The notes under the pieces were generated by a model, which made no database searches, had not been told where the DNA came from, and worked only from the letters and a program-made list of their open reading frames with translations. A stretch of 64,000 bases of DNA from Epiperipatus broadwayi (Eukaryota; Animalia; Onychophora): contig JAQFVV010000002.1 of assembly GCA_028023455.1 (NCBI GenBank), positions 15,686,001 to 15,750,000 of the forward strand. The letters run 5' to 3'. Positions 26,190-39,299 of this stretch are shown here, piece after piece. The stretch's first letter is position 1, and the number at the start of each line of letters is the position of its first letter. The position numbers were made by a program, and so were the translations under genes.

Positions 26190-26490
26190 ATTAAACCACT
26201 AAACATTACATGATCACCATTTCTTATGCTAGCACATATCTGTTATTGAAACAGGCAAAACTCTCCATACAGTAGTGTCACTCAGTGTCAATCAATCTAG
26301 GTGCAGTGCTCTCAGATATAAAGCTCCTCACTGATGAAGGCCACAAGCCAGAAACTAGTCTGGGGATATTGGATGAGTAGGCATTAGATAGGGATTTTAT
26401 GCACAAGCCTTCTGGCATCCATTGATTACTCTGGTTGGCACTGAATGGCACTACTGTATGGAGAGTTTTACCTGTTTTAATAACCATATT
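26190..26490. mobile_element. Family A: inverted tail fragment joined to a plus-sense copy
   Basis: The tail (catgatcacc...acaggcaaaactctccatacagtagtg) is followed from ~26296 by atctaggtgcagtgctctcagat...HHR...gagagttttacctgttttaataac. Confidence 0.9.
26325..26366 (+). ncRNA. Minimal type-I hammerhead ribozyme motif (family A)
   Basis: TCCTCA-CTGATGA-A-GGC-cacaa-GCC-A-GAAA-CTAG-TC|TGGGGA: 6-bp stem I (one G-U), 3-bp stem II, palindromic CTAG helix III, GUC triplet; predicted cleavage after 26360. Confidence 0.75.
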
Positions 26491-26834
26491 ATTATTATTA
26501 TTACTCAAACAAGAACAAACAATAAAAAAATCTCTCCCTATATTATATAGAAAATAATAAAAAAAAATTTGCCATCATTTCTTAAAATATTAAATATTAT
26601 AAGGTGAAAAAATATGTTGATATCTTTATCATTAGTAGAAAAAGTTGTGTAATACTACAATTGCACTTGTCAATAGTCAGTATTCTATCATTCAATTGAT
26701 GAACCTAGAATGTCTTGGAATCTTTACTCTTTACAAATACAAATTAACTGTATGCATTTCACGATCAATATTTTATGTCTAGTTAGCTGGCTAAGAACCA
26801 GCTAAGTAAACAAATGTTAAAATTATTTTAAAAC

Positions 26835-27080
26835 TTTTTAGTTTTGTAGTAAAGTAGTTAAAAGGTGGCTGCTGGAGGGTTGCATTAGATCCTAAAATCT
26901 AGGTGCAGTGCTCTCAGATCCAAGGCTCCTCACTGATGATGGCCACAAGCTGAAACTAGTCTGGGGATATTGGATGAGTAGGCACTAGATAGGGATTTTA
27001 TGCACAAGCCTTCTGGCATCCATTGATTACTCTGTTTGGCACAGGGTGGCACTACTGTATGAAGAGTTTTGCCTTTGTTT
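26835..27080 (+). mobile_element. Family A HHR element, 5'-truncated
   Basis: aaaaggtggctgctggagggttgcattagatcc...gaagagttttgcc aligns with the reverse complement of 17646-17890. Confidence 0.9.
26927..26967 (+). ncRNA. Minimal type-I hammerhead ribozyme motif (family A)
   Basis: TCCTCA-CTGATGA-T-GGC-cacaa-GCT-GAAA-CTAG-TC|TGGGGA; predicted cleavage after 26961. Confidence 0.75.
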
Positions 27081-27878
27081 ATAGATGGATATCCAAGATG
27101 ATCTTCAAAATTATCACCTTTGTATACACTACAAGTATTTATAAATGCATACATGCATGTGTGTGACAAATAAAACTGTCTAATACATTAGCAGAATATT
27201 GCCATAAATGTATAATAGTTTAACTGATTAATTTTAGTTTAAATTTTTTAATGTTATTTTTAAATAAATATTATTGGCTACATTTTATCATGCATTGCCT
27301 TTATTTTTGTAAACATATTTTTAAAAAATCAATATCTATCATTTAACATATACTGCAATAAATAAAATTTAAAATATTTCCATCTTATTAAAAAAGCATA
27401 GCTAACAGCCATATTAAAAACAACCCAAAGCTACAGTTGAGTCATCGTTAATCAATTAGATTGTTTATATCTTTTCTGTGAAAGCTAAGCAAAGTTCATT
27501 AAAATAAGTTCAATCTGGTTTTAAAATTCATTAAGTATTATATATAAATTTTTGAGTAATTTTAAATTTAACAAAAATATTAAAAAAATATATAAAGCCT
27601 ACGCAGAAGTAAAAATTACAACTTATATCTCTGTGAGTTCAATTTCAGATTTTAATTTGCCAGATGTAATTATGTTATTGATAAAATAAGCAATTAAATA
27701 ATAATAATAACTGAATGGCTTTATTTTAGGAGTTCATAAGCAGGTCAACTAACAGTAGTACCAGAATTAAAATTGACCTGGGGGTGTTACACTCTGGAGT
27801 CTGACCTTCTTCCTTTGCACTAACCCATGCAGAGCAGTAAATAATATAAAGCTTAAACAGATTTACAATAGTCTTAAT

Positions 27879-28371
27879 CAAGGGATAAAAAAATAGCAGC
27901 CTGAGAGCCACATGCAGCCCACTAACAGTTTTTATATGGCCTGCCTAGACAATCAAAAAAATCCACCTTGAATTGAAATTTTCTTCCCGTGCGCGACCGA
28001 AGATTCGTCTCATATTTTCCACTAGGACGGCCATGTCAATACACATGCACAGTGTAGATATGATGTACAATGCTTTTCCAGTTGATCTGGTTAATTTCAA
28101 TTTTGTCTTTGCATTAGCAAATATATACATTTCCTACTTTAGTGAAACCATGAACCCTCCAAAAAAATGTAAAATCAGTGATGAATGTCGTGTGTTTAAT
28201 GAAGAATGGACAAACAAATATTTCTTTGGTAATGCAGGGAATAGAGCACTATGTTTATTGTGTCATGAAAAAAAGTGTGACCCTCCACTAACCTTCACTT
28301 TTACAAAGTGGCCCAATGTGGCCCTCAGCCAACCTCTGCAGCCCCTGAGCCAAAACAATTGACCACCCCTG
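27879..28371 (+). mobile_element. Internally deleted hAT transposon (GTF2IRD2/SPIN-like)
   Basis: Right TIR ttgaccacccctg (28359-28371); degenerate left end caaggg...gagccacatgcagccc; peptide MNPPKKCKISDECRVFNEEWTNKYFF...ALCLLCHE (transposase N-terminus); flanks gtcttaat / gtctaatc. Confidence 0.8.
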
Positions 28372-29783
28372 GTCTAATCCCAAGCAATGCCCCTGCAATA
28401 ACCAGACAAAAAGAAACAATGAAGGAGAAAAAGCATCAATAACCAGTCTTGTCAAATTTCTAGAAGTGAGAGTTTTAGTGATTTTATTTTTATGTTTATA
28501 TTATAATTAAAAAATAGTTAGATATCAATTTGGTGAGCAGTGATTGAATATTTATTTAGATTTGCTATGATTAAACTACCCCAACCCTCTCTTGAAAAAA
28601 TTATAAAGTTGTTTAAAATCTTTTTAAAAATCCAAGTTTCATTCATCTCAGGTTTAAACCTTAGGTTGCACATATAGTCTGCTGATTAGTTAACCATTAC
28701 ACCTAAAAGTAGTTAAAAATACGTTATTATGGTTAACTTAAAAAATGTAAAACTATTTTAAACTTTTGTTGCTCTCTGCATCACACTACTCATTTGAAAC
28801 TGTTGGCAAAAACTTTTTTTTCATTTTTTTAGAATGCTATCCTGTAGTTCTGTTAAAACTTAATGAAATAGAAAACTATCTCATATTTCAAATTTATTTC
28901 ATTCTGGAAGACATTTTATTTGGGTTAAAATTTTAATGGTTTTCTATTTTTTTTTTCAAACAATTTTATATTTCACATAATAGATTGTTACCAACTAGAA
29001 AAAGGATGAATAACATCATTATTAAAAGATTTGAGTTTCTCTTTTTTAAATAGAATGGAGGAAAGAACTTTTTTATGGTAGCTTAAATAAAAGTAAATTG
29101 TAAAAATGTTTACAAAAATGTATGTTTAATTTCAATACGGCTAGTATATTTTCAAATGTTTTTAAGTGTTTGTGTGTAGATTAGATGTATACTTATTTTG
29201 TCTGCAACTCTATTCTTGAGAGGCTAGAGTAGATTATGAATTAATGGAGTATAAGCAATGACAAAGTAACCTGGCAATGAGCAAACGTTATTCTCTTAAT
29301 TGAAATACAGTATATTATTACTCTGCGATTAAATAGAAAACTTAAAATACATATAATAAATTAATGGACATAAGGAAAAATGTAAAATAACTCTTTTAAT
29401 AATACACTGTAGAGAAAATATCTTTCTAGCAGTCCTGATAGAAAAATAAGAAATAAAAAGGTATCACACATCAAGTTGCCAACTTACAACACGGTGGAAA
29501 GGGAGTAGGTTTTTATTTCTACTTTATATTTTTACTAAGAATATCTAGAGCCCTAATTACCAACCAATAATGACTCATTCGCTGAGTTGATCATAGAATG
29601 AAAACTGAAAAACTTGGAAAACAATTTCAATTTTTAGCTATACTGGATTTTAATAGATAAAGGCAAGCAAATGTACAAATGTTACACTATGTGATTTTTT
29701 CAAAAATAAATGACATATAAAGTAGAGATTATACTGTTCACAATAACAAAAATGAATAGAAAACATAACTAATGGTATTTTTT

Positions 29784-30072
29784 AGAACAAACAGGTGTTA
29801 CTGACCTCATTGAAAAAAATTAAAAGATTGAAGTGGAGTTGGGCTGGACATATTGCTAGAAGAGATGATAATAGATGGACAATTGAAATCTTAAACTGGA
29901 TTCCAAGGGATTGTAAAAGACCCAGAAAGAGACCACATGTGAGATGGATGGATGAAATAAGAAAGTGTGCAGGGGTGATGTGAAGAAGAGAAGCTAAAGA
30001 TCGGAGAAGATGGATTAAACTTGGAGAGACCTTCATCCTCCAGTCGATTGATAATGGTTGATGATGATGATG
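29784..30072 (+). mobile_element. RTE-clade LINE 3' fragment
   Basis: LKWSWAGHIARRDDNRWT...PRKRPHVRWMDEI followed by a (gat)n tail; candidate 10-bp TSD attttttaga (29777-29786 / 30073-30082). Confidence 0.9.
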
Positions 30073-30807
30073 ATTTTTTAGAGAAAATTATTATTATATA
30101 CAATATCATATGACTTTATCATATGTTTATTCAAATTCTTCCAAGAGCAATATTCTTCACCCTGCTCTAAAGCTACATTTAACAATCACTGGATATTAGA
30201 TGACACAGTGTTGGAATATTCCAATTTCTAAGAAAATTTCTGGCTTTTTCCTTCAGCTATAAAGATTCAGGAGCAAAACTGGAATTAATGCATTTACGAT
30301 AGAGAAGCAACCTTTTTTCTTTCATACTACTTAAACTTATAACTAAAAATAAAAGAAAAAAACTTTAAGGATTTGAACCAAGCCAACTTACTGTATATCA
30401 GGATGAGATGAAGAGTACTGTTCTTAGAAGCTGAAAATAATGTGATTTTGTTGGTAGTGTTAAACTCCCTTGCTAAAACATAAAGGAGACTATAATTGGT
30501 ATTAAATAGAAACAGATTCTCTCAAACATATAGAAACTGACCTGAGGTCATATTTATATAATTATGTAAGTGAGTTATCTTGAGTTCAAAACTTTGATTT
30601 TTTTTTTTAATTTGAAGCTATTGGTATGAATATTATAATGCAATAAAAGTAGTTGCTAGATGCATAATTACTATTTCATCTTTGAATCCCAGTCCTTGCT
30701 GATGAAAGTTAAATCCAGAAACCAGACTAACAATAAATAAAAATATTACTGAACTATAACATCTTGTGTCAATTGAGTACCCAAGCTTACAATTGATGGC
30801 TCTAGAA

Positions 30808-33800
30808 CAGGGATGGGCATGCTTTCCTAATTCAGGGGCCAAATTGTCATTCTGTCTTGAGACAAGAGCCAGACCAAATTATTAAATATTACAAATTAAT
30901 AGTGAATGAATTAAAACAAGTTGCTATTTCATATTTTAATCATTTATGCTTTGGTATAAAGCTCTATATAAATTTTATAATAATAATGACATAGCAATTT
31001 AATTGAAGATTGGCCTTATATTTCAACAATGAGACTAACAATATTGATCTTAATATTACTTAAGGATAATTGCATGAAGTTTTTGAGGTTTTTGGCCATT
31101 ATTCTTGTCCAAATTTTTGATTTATTGTAATTCATCCTAAAAAAAACTGTTCACACATATATGTGCTGCTAAAAAGACAAATAATTTTTCTTGAAAAGAT
31201 GTTTAAAGTTGTATACTTCTCTTTCACCAAAAAAAGTTTATAAAAATCTGTCAAACCAATGTTGTTAAATGGGATTTTTAGGAGTAAATCTTCATGAATG
31301 TCAATAAGTTCCATCTTTTAAGTTTTCTGGCACATTATTTACATCAGCATCCATCAGACAAGCAAATACTTTGCTTTGAAAGTTGGCCTTGTATTAAATT
31401 ACTCTATCAGTGGCTTCAATTCAGCTCCATAACAAGTATAAGGGATATTTTTATGATGCTAGAGTAGGAAAATGACAAAATAATTTTTAGATATCTGACA
31501 TTCCAACAATCTTAGTTTATTACAAAAAGCTTTGATGTGTCAATGCAGTTCATGAACCAATTGTCCTTGTTTTTGCAATTTAAAATTTAGTTCATTAAAG
31601 TATCAGTGACATCTACAAGGAATGCTAAACCACACATCTGCTCATCATCTCTTACTTCGTTAATTGTTTTTCCTTTTATGTCCATAAAATCTGCAATATC
31701 TGTCTTAGATCATAAAATTATTTTAATATTTTAACCTCATCATTCACAATATTAAAACCTATTTTCATAATCTGAAAATAGGTTTGCCAAATATTTTTTA
31801 AATTGGTGGTGATTAAGTGCACACGATTTAATAAAGTTAATACTGGCTACTACAACTTCCATAACATTTGAAAATTTAATTGATTTTGCACACTAATTTT
31901 GTTGATGGATAATGCAATGAAGATTTGTTAAATTTTCTAGATGGATCTGTAGTTTTATTGCTCTTTCGCTAACTATTCCAATAAATCCCTTCTGTGCAAC
32001 AACCATTGCAGGGGCTCAAACAGTGCATATGTCAGATAGTGAACTCCATTTAAGCACAACTCACTTGAAGACTGTTTTGAAATTCACCAATAGCTGTCAC
32101 TTTTAGTGGTCAAAACACCAATAATTTTTCTGTGATGTTGAAATCTGTTCAGCTCCTTGAATAGATATTGCTAGATGTTCTGTATTAGAGACACCGGTAC
32201 TGTCATCCAAAGCCATTGAAAATGCTTCAATTCTAGCAATCTTTTCTTTTAAACTTTTTTGGATATCATTGACCATAATTTCTATCCATCAGACAGTAGT
32301 TCATATTGTCAAACTAATATTCTCAAAGTATTTTTTTCCTTTTAAACATGTTATACTTGCAACATCTAGCAGATATTTTTTGATCAATTCTCCTTCACCT
32401 TAGAATGCTTAGCACTTTTTTCGCTTATCACAAAGCTGGCTTTAACAATGATGCTGTGCTGTTTTCTTCATTTGTTGAACATTTGCTGCTGGGTATCCAA
32501 ATTCTTCAACTTTTGTATTTTGTCTTTTCATAGTTGTCCATCAATTTTTTGGTGATCTGCATGCCTCAAAATAAAGTGTCTCTTTAAATTGCATTCTTTG
32601 TTGATAGATACAGATTCGTTGGACAGCAAACATACAGGCAAATTTTATTCAGAATAAAATAATAAACCTCCGTCCAGTTGTCTTGAAATTTATGATTCTC
32701 TGCATCTACTTTTTTTTTTTTTTTTGGTATAATCCCTGGCATTGTCCCAAATTTCAAAACTATATTCAGAACTGTCAAACTGTTTTTTAAATTGCAGATA
32801 CTGAATAGAACACAATATAAATGCAAGCACTGATCAAAGCACAACATCAATGGAAATACTGAACTGACACATTGTAACACATTCACACACCACTAGTCAC
32901 TGTGAGAAAGAGACCTTGATGGGAGAAAGCATGGTGTGTTCTGCACATATCATATGATATCAGCTTAACTAATTCAAAATATTAAGTCCAAGAGATGTCA
33001 GCATATTATGGATCTTTACAGACCTTTGTGGGTGATTGACAGTATCTTCTATTATTATGACAAAACAATGAAGGAGGTAGGATAAAATGAGATTTGTGAT
33101 TGGCTTATGCTTTATTGTTTTATCTTGGGGCTAAATAAAACAAAAAAATGTGATTTTCAGTCATTGTTAATGATTGTGACAAAATATTTTTATAAGAAAT
33201 TTATTATTAAACCTAAACTATGACACTCATAGGGGATTGTCTTTAAAAACATTTTATTTTTAAAAAGACTGCTCTTAGAAAATACATTATGAGAAAATGG
33301 AAGCCACCATTACTGGCTTTAAAAAATTGCTTTGGCAAAGATGGTAGGCAAAATATTTTAATAACAGTAAATAATTTATTAACTTTTAGAATTTTTTTGA
33401 TTCCTTTGATGATAACTAATTCTAAATATATCATTCTTTAATAACATAAAATTCTATTTAATATTTTGTTGTTCTAACTTTTTCAATAGATAATGTGCAG
33501 CCAATGGACATGTGCTTTTTTATTGTCAGTAAGAATTTCATTTTTATATTTATTTTCATGATTTTAATCATTAGAAAGCTTAAATAGAGATATTATAAAA
33601 TATAAATTAATTCTATAATATACATAAAAATAATTAATTGCAAAAAAAGAAATTAAACATGAGTAGTCATATTTAATATAACACTCGCTAAGCTTTATGT
33701 TTACTCCCTCCATGAATCAGATAAATATCAATGAAATAGATTGGTAATGAGCCAGATCAAAAGTAGAGGGCTAAATCCAGCCTGCAAGCCAGAGGTTGCC

Positions 33801-33808
33801 TATAATGG
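30808..33808 (-). mobile_element. Decayed near-full-length hAT transposon (GTF2IRD2/SPIN-like transposase)
   Basis: N-terminus from ATG ~32742: KKKKVDAENHKFQDNWTEVYYF. C-terminal dimerisation region: MELIDIH...CLFSSTYMCEQFF (31132-31314). Left TIR cagggatgggca; 8-bp TSD ctctagaa / ctctagag (30800-30807 / 33809-33816). Confidence 0.85.
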
Positions 33809-34974
33809 CTCTAGAGTATGACAAAGAATATTGAATTTGATTTATATGAATCAATTTTTCTAAACATTGCAAAATGATTTTTGGATCCAAGAATATGGAA
33901 TATTATAATAATTTTAAATAATAAATAATATTAATAAAGTTTTTTATATAAATTTATATTATAAAAAAAATTACAACTGTTACCAATCATCTTTTTGTAT
34001 AATGATGAAGGTATTATAAAAGTTTATATTATAAATATTAATAACTGTAACTGATATAAAATATCATTGAGAATAAAAAAAATTTCATTTTTGAGCCTTT
34101 ATTATATCATGAGAATGTATTTAATTCTAACTGTTAATTTAAATTAAAAGTATGTACATACATCCCTAATTAATTTTGGCATGTAATAATTAAGGTATTT
34201 GAGGACAATGAAAAAATAATGAATTATATTAAAAAAAACAGAGAGAATTAAGCTTCCATGATCAACTGTGAATCAGATAATAACAACAATAGAATAATAT
34301 AATTATAACATCCATGTGACTTGCCATTAAATTAAAATTAAGCTTAAAGAATCTCAGTATTAAGTCATGGTAAACTAAAAAAACTTGCTATAAAGGAATA
34401 AAATGAGATAAACATGTTAGTATCAGAAAGATACCTATTTCTACTTAGGAGATAAATAAGAAATCTGCAATAACATATAACTAAATTAAATAAAAAAATC
34501 ACAACATAAAGGTTAATTCAGATATATTAAAATTATATAATCTAATGTTTTTTTTATTTAAAAAACAAAAAAACAAAAACAAGAAAAATAGAAAAAATTC
34601 TATCAATTGAAACTTTGCAATGAAAAAAATATAATTTTTAACTTATTGTTGACACCTTTAAGACTAGAATGTATATATTGTTTCTTAACCTTCAAGAATT
34701 ATACAATAAAGATAAAATAGTCATAGATATTATAAATAACTAGATAAATAATGTCTAGCACCTGTTCAAGCCCAGATTTATTTCAGCCCCTTAATTTCTT
34801 CAATATTATTATTATGTTGGTTTATTTTCTTACTTGTAAATTTTATTTTCTGTTTCTTCTTTGTTAGCAGTAACATAATATTTTCACACTTTACTGTAAA
34901 GTCTTTGACTTTTTATTAAGACAAATGACAAATATCAGAAACACAAGAAAGCATTGACAGAACATGTTTCCCTG

Positions 34975-35330
34975 AAGATTTATGATGATGGTGTTCTAGT
35001 TATATTTTTATATTGAACTATTTCCATAATCTATTGTGCATATTGAATGTCTTGTAGAAAAATTGAACTTTATTTAAATATTCCAAATACATTCAACTGT
35101 TAATAATAGCACATCACAGGTTCGAATCCCATGGTAGCACTGTCACTGGTCAGGCCAGCAACACCTGAAGAAGTGGGAAGAATAATACCTCTCGAAATGT
35201 GCATACCTGTTTGATGTGCTATTGCTAACAGTTGAATGTATTTGGAATATTTAAATAAAGTTAAATTTTTCTAAAGACATTCAACATGCATATTAGATGA
35301 TGGAAATAGTCCATATTAAAATACAAGTAA
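34975..35330. mobile_element. Family B head-to-head locus with central HHR motif
   Basis: Inverted arms ~34985-35120 / 35207-35330; centre ggttcgaatcccatggtagcactgtcactggtcaggccagcaacac-CTGAAGA(35165-71)...ctc-GAAA(35194-97). Confidence 0.8.
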
Positions 35331-35919
35331 TAGAACATATTTTAAAAAATGTTTTTCCCCAAGCATATAGGCATGTTTGGTTTTAATATTATTGTACATC
35401 GGTTTTATAAAAAGAAAAGTAAAATAATTAATATTGTAAAATCTATTTGGCTAATTAAAACTCATTTATTAATGTTATTAATAGTAGAATTCTAAATTTG
35501 TTTGATTTTATAACTATACTTTTAACTGACTGTGCATATATAAGGATTTTACATTTTAGCTTTTGAAATCTAATTCCTACTTAAGTCTTGTTTCCTCACA
35601 TTTGATGTCTTTTTTTATTTTAATTTGCACATTATTTAATTAGAAGTCAAATGCTTTAAGCAAACTTTGACATTTATTCAAAGTAAGAAATTATTTGCAC
35701 TACAATTATGATAAGTAGTAAGCACAATAGTGTTGGATACATTCACAACCACAAACACATACATAGATAATGATTTAAAGTTTTTGATGATCATATTTTA
35801 TTTGTAGTTATACATTGGACTATTTTTTCATTTAATTGTTTAATGGTTTTAGAAAAATTGAAATTTCATTTTACTTTTCTAAATATATTCAAATACTAGT
35901 AATAATTCATAGATTACTA

Positions 35920-36135
35920 CTGATACATACTGTTTCAAGTGGTATTATTTTTTTCTTTTCTTCAGTTGCTATTTAGATCTCATGCTAGTTGTCACTAATC
36001 AAAAAAGTGTGGAGAATAATATCATTGGAATATTACAAATGACCTTTGTATTATTTGTCAAAGTTCAATGTACTTAGAAAGTCTAAATAAAGTTTGAATA
36101 TTTTAACAATTCAACTAGAAGGTGAAATAATCTAA
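35920..36135. mobile_element. Old family B head-to-head locus
   Basis: Minus arm ctgaaga...aataataccacttgaaac (35930-35966); plus arm catgctagttgtcact...gtggagaataat...ctaaataaagtttg. Confidence 0.5.
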
Positions 36136-36911
36136 TTTCATTCTACAAAACAGCTAAAATATAAACAGTCCACTAAAAACAAGAACCTTTCTAACAAACC
36201 ATTCTATAGAAAAAAATTGAAGGATAAGACATTATTAAACAGACTTAGAAATTGCTACGTGATGAGGGTTTAGTGGTTACCATTTTTAATTTATCTTGTA
36301 GCTATAAAAAGCTTTTACCTGTTTGACATCTATTTGCTATATATGATGACTATAGATAGCTTAGTAAAAAAATGCTATGTTTGTTTGAATTATGCTTTAC
36401 TGACACTGTATTTCTAATTTCAGATTACAGAAGTGGCAAAAAAGATGAGCTATTCATTATGCCATGAAAATTTTTTTTAAAAGATCTAGTGAAATACTTC
36501 TATCTATCTTTATTTTCTTTTTTTTAAAAAGGTTAATAAATTTTTCTTTTTGAGAAAAATACAAGACAAAATAAGCATGGTAGTATTAAGAAACTTGGCT
36601 GAACAAAAAGCACTAAAGTTTTTCATGATATTCATTCAAATGTCTGACTTTTCTGCTCACACATACACATATGTATTAATCATAATCTCAATATGTTAAG
36701 AAAATGAGATTCTAAAGAATCTAAAGAATTGTTCAATCTAAGTCCTCTACAATAAAATAAAGTGCAATGTCGTTCATACTATATTCTTTATAACTTTTAA
36801 ATTTATATCCAGAGTAGTTGGTTTATTCTTAAGTAATTTAACTATTGATTAAATGTGGTTTAATTTTTATTTGAGAAAAATTAAAATCGAAATAAAAATC
36901 AGTCTATATAT

Positions 36912-36985
36912 TTAGTAGTGCCACTCTGTGCTAAACAGAGTAATCAATTATGTGCTAGTATAGGGAGGGTGATCATGTGATCTAT
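36912..36985. mobile_element. Family A short rearranged fragment
   Basis: agtagtgccactctgtgctaaacagagtaatcaa (minus-sense) fused to ttatgtgctagta...ggtgatcatgtgat (plus-sense tail). Confidence 0.6.
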
Positions 36986-37494
36986 ATATTTGTGAGAACT
37001 AAATAAGCAGAAGGGCTAGTGCATAGCTGCTACAAATTGGATAATTATCCATGGAAACAAAGAGAAAAAATTAAAGTTATGGTAATAAACAACAATGGTA
37101 ATATTAATAAACTGAAAGTAACAATAAATGAAATTGACAAGACTAAAGAACATGAAAGAAACCCTCTTTAAAATATCTTTTAACAGTCATTCTATCATTG
37201 CAAATGACAAGCAACAGCTTTAAAATTAAACTAATTTTAAATCTAAATTGTTTAATGTTACATAATTACATTTGTTTAGCTTTGTTGATCTTTAAGCATT
37301 AAGGATCCATTGCAAAATGAAGATGTACTTAAGTTTGAACAAATCTTTCCCATTGAGAAAAATTTTGTCTCCATATTATTCAAGCAGACTCTTATCCTAT
37401 CATTTTATTTCAAATGTTATTTAATTATAAGTATATTGTATTTTTCATTCTGCCTTATCAGGCAACTGAGAAGCAAGCCCATGGTGTTTTTTTA

Positions 37495-38160
37495 ATGTTA
37501 AAAAGACTAAAGTAATGTTTAATGGATTTTCTCAAAATATAAAAATAAAGATTGATTATGATAAGTTACAAGAAGTTAACAGTTACAAATACCTTGGTCA
37601 GATTATTAATACAGGTGGAAACATAATGGATGAAATTAATTATAGAATTAAACTTGGTTGGAGTGCTTTTAATAGAAATAACTTGATACTAAAAGGAAAT
37701 ATGCCTATGTGTTTGAAAAGAACGGTTTTTAATAAATGTGTTTTATCATTTCTTACTTATGGATCTGAGACTTGGACACTTAATAGAAGAGGAATACAGA
37801 GACTTTAGACCACTCAAAGAAGTATGGAAAGATGCATGTTAGGAGTAACAAGAAGAAATCAAAAAATGCAATACTATGGGTAAGAGAACAAACAGGTGTT
37901 ACTGACTTCATTGAAAAAATTAAAAGACTGAAGCCTGAACATATTTCTAGAAGAGATGATAATAGATGGACAATTTAAATCTTAAACTGGATTCCAAGAA
38001 ATTGTAAAAGACCCAGAAAGAGATCATATGTGAGATGGATGGATGAAATAAAGTGTGCAGAGATGATGTGGAGAAGAGAAGTTAAAGATTGGAGATGGAT
38101 TGAACTTGGAGAGACCTTCATCCTGCAGTGGATTGATAATTATTGATGAAGATGATGATA
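37495..38160 (+). mobile_element. RTE-clade LINE 3' fragment (RT C-terminal region)
   Basis: KTKVMFN...YKYLGQ...EINYRIKLGWSAF...LTYGSETWTL; the 3' ~280 nt closely matches 29784-30072; gat-repeat tail. Confidence 0.9.
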
Positions 38161-39299
38161 TTGTATTTTTTTTTAGGATTCATGGTCAGCAGTTCCATTT
38201 ATTGCCTTTAGAATAATCTTTTTTAGAAACATACTTAGACCAAATCTATTTCAGCCTCTTAAATTTTTTAATAATATTATAAGATCATGTTTATACTCTC
38301 ACTTGTACTTTTGATTTCAGATCCCTATTTGTTAATATCAATATAATATCTTCATATTTTGCTGTTTGGACTTCTATTAAGTGCCTAAAAATCAAACTTT
38401 ATGAGTAAGCAGTGATAGAATATATTTATCAAAAAAAATGTTCCTTTTAATAAAATCATATTTCTTAAAAATTGACTATTCAAGTTTAATTTTATGTTTA
38501 ATTGGATTTATTGTACTTCTCTGTATTCTAATAATTTGACCAAGATATTTATAATTGACAACTAATTTACTACTACCAATTCTTATTTTCATATTTTTTG
38601 AAAAGCTGACTTTTTTTCAAAATAATTTAAAAAGAAAATGAATATGTAAATAACTACATAAAAAACAATTGAATTATATTTTAATTGACAAAAAAGTATG
38701 CATTCAAGATTGCAAATGTGCATAAATGCAAATCTAGAAAGACAAAAGCCATTAAAATATTAATAATAGTTAATATCCCAAAATATCCCAAATCTTCATC
38801 AATATTTCAATGAATTTAAGATAGAACTTTTAAAATATTAACAAACTTTAAAAAAATAGCTCAGAAATGAAAGATCACTTAAGAAGGTAACATACATTCT
38901 GTAAATTTCAAATTCACTGATAGTAAATTTTTATTGGTAATAAATATAAAAATAATTAAAAACAATCCATTTACAAGAACAAAATAGTTGAAAATATCTA
39001 AAATAGTACAGAAAAAAATTAATGCCAAGAAAATATAATGGCAAAATGGCAAGAAACGTTACAGAAAGCAGCAAAGTCTGAAAGATATAAAAAGTTATTT
39101 TAATGTTAGAATAAAAGTTATTTCAGCATTAAAAAATAAATAAATTATTAAAAATATAAATGACATCATGTGATTTGCAAAAAAATTGTATTAAAAATTA
39201 TGTAATTATAAATAAACAGCTAAACAAAATAATCCATACAACAACATCAACATTTTAAATGTCTCATATTCTAAACAAAAAGATTGAGCATGTGGTTAA

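Noticed and set aside
30699-30727. CTGATGA...GAAA-ccag-ac spaced like family A
   Set aside because: No stem II or stem I complementarity and no UH triplet.
38303-38384. Possible 82-nt minus-strand exon (HLIEVQTAKYEDIILILTNRDLKSKVQ)
   Set aside because: Good splice sites, but its phase is incompatible with direct joining to the 48128 exon and no homology is recognised; unresolved without RNA-seq.
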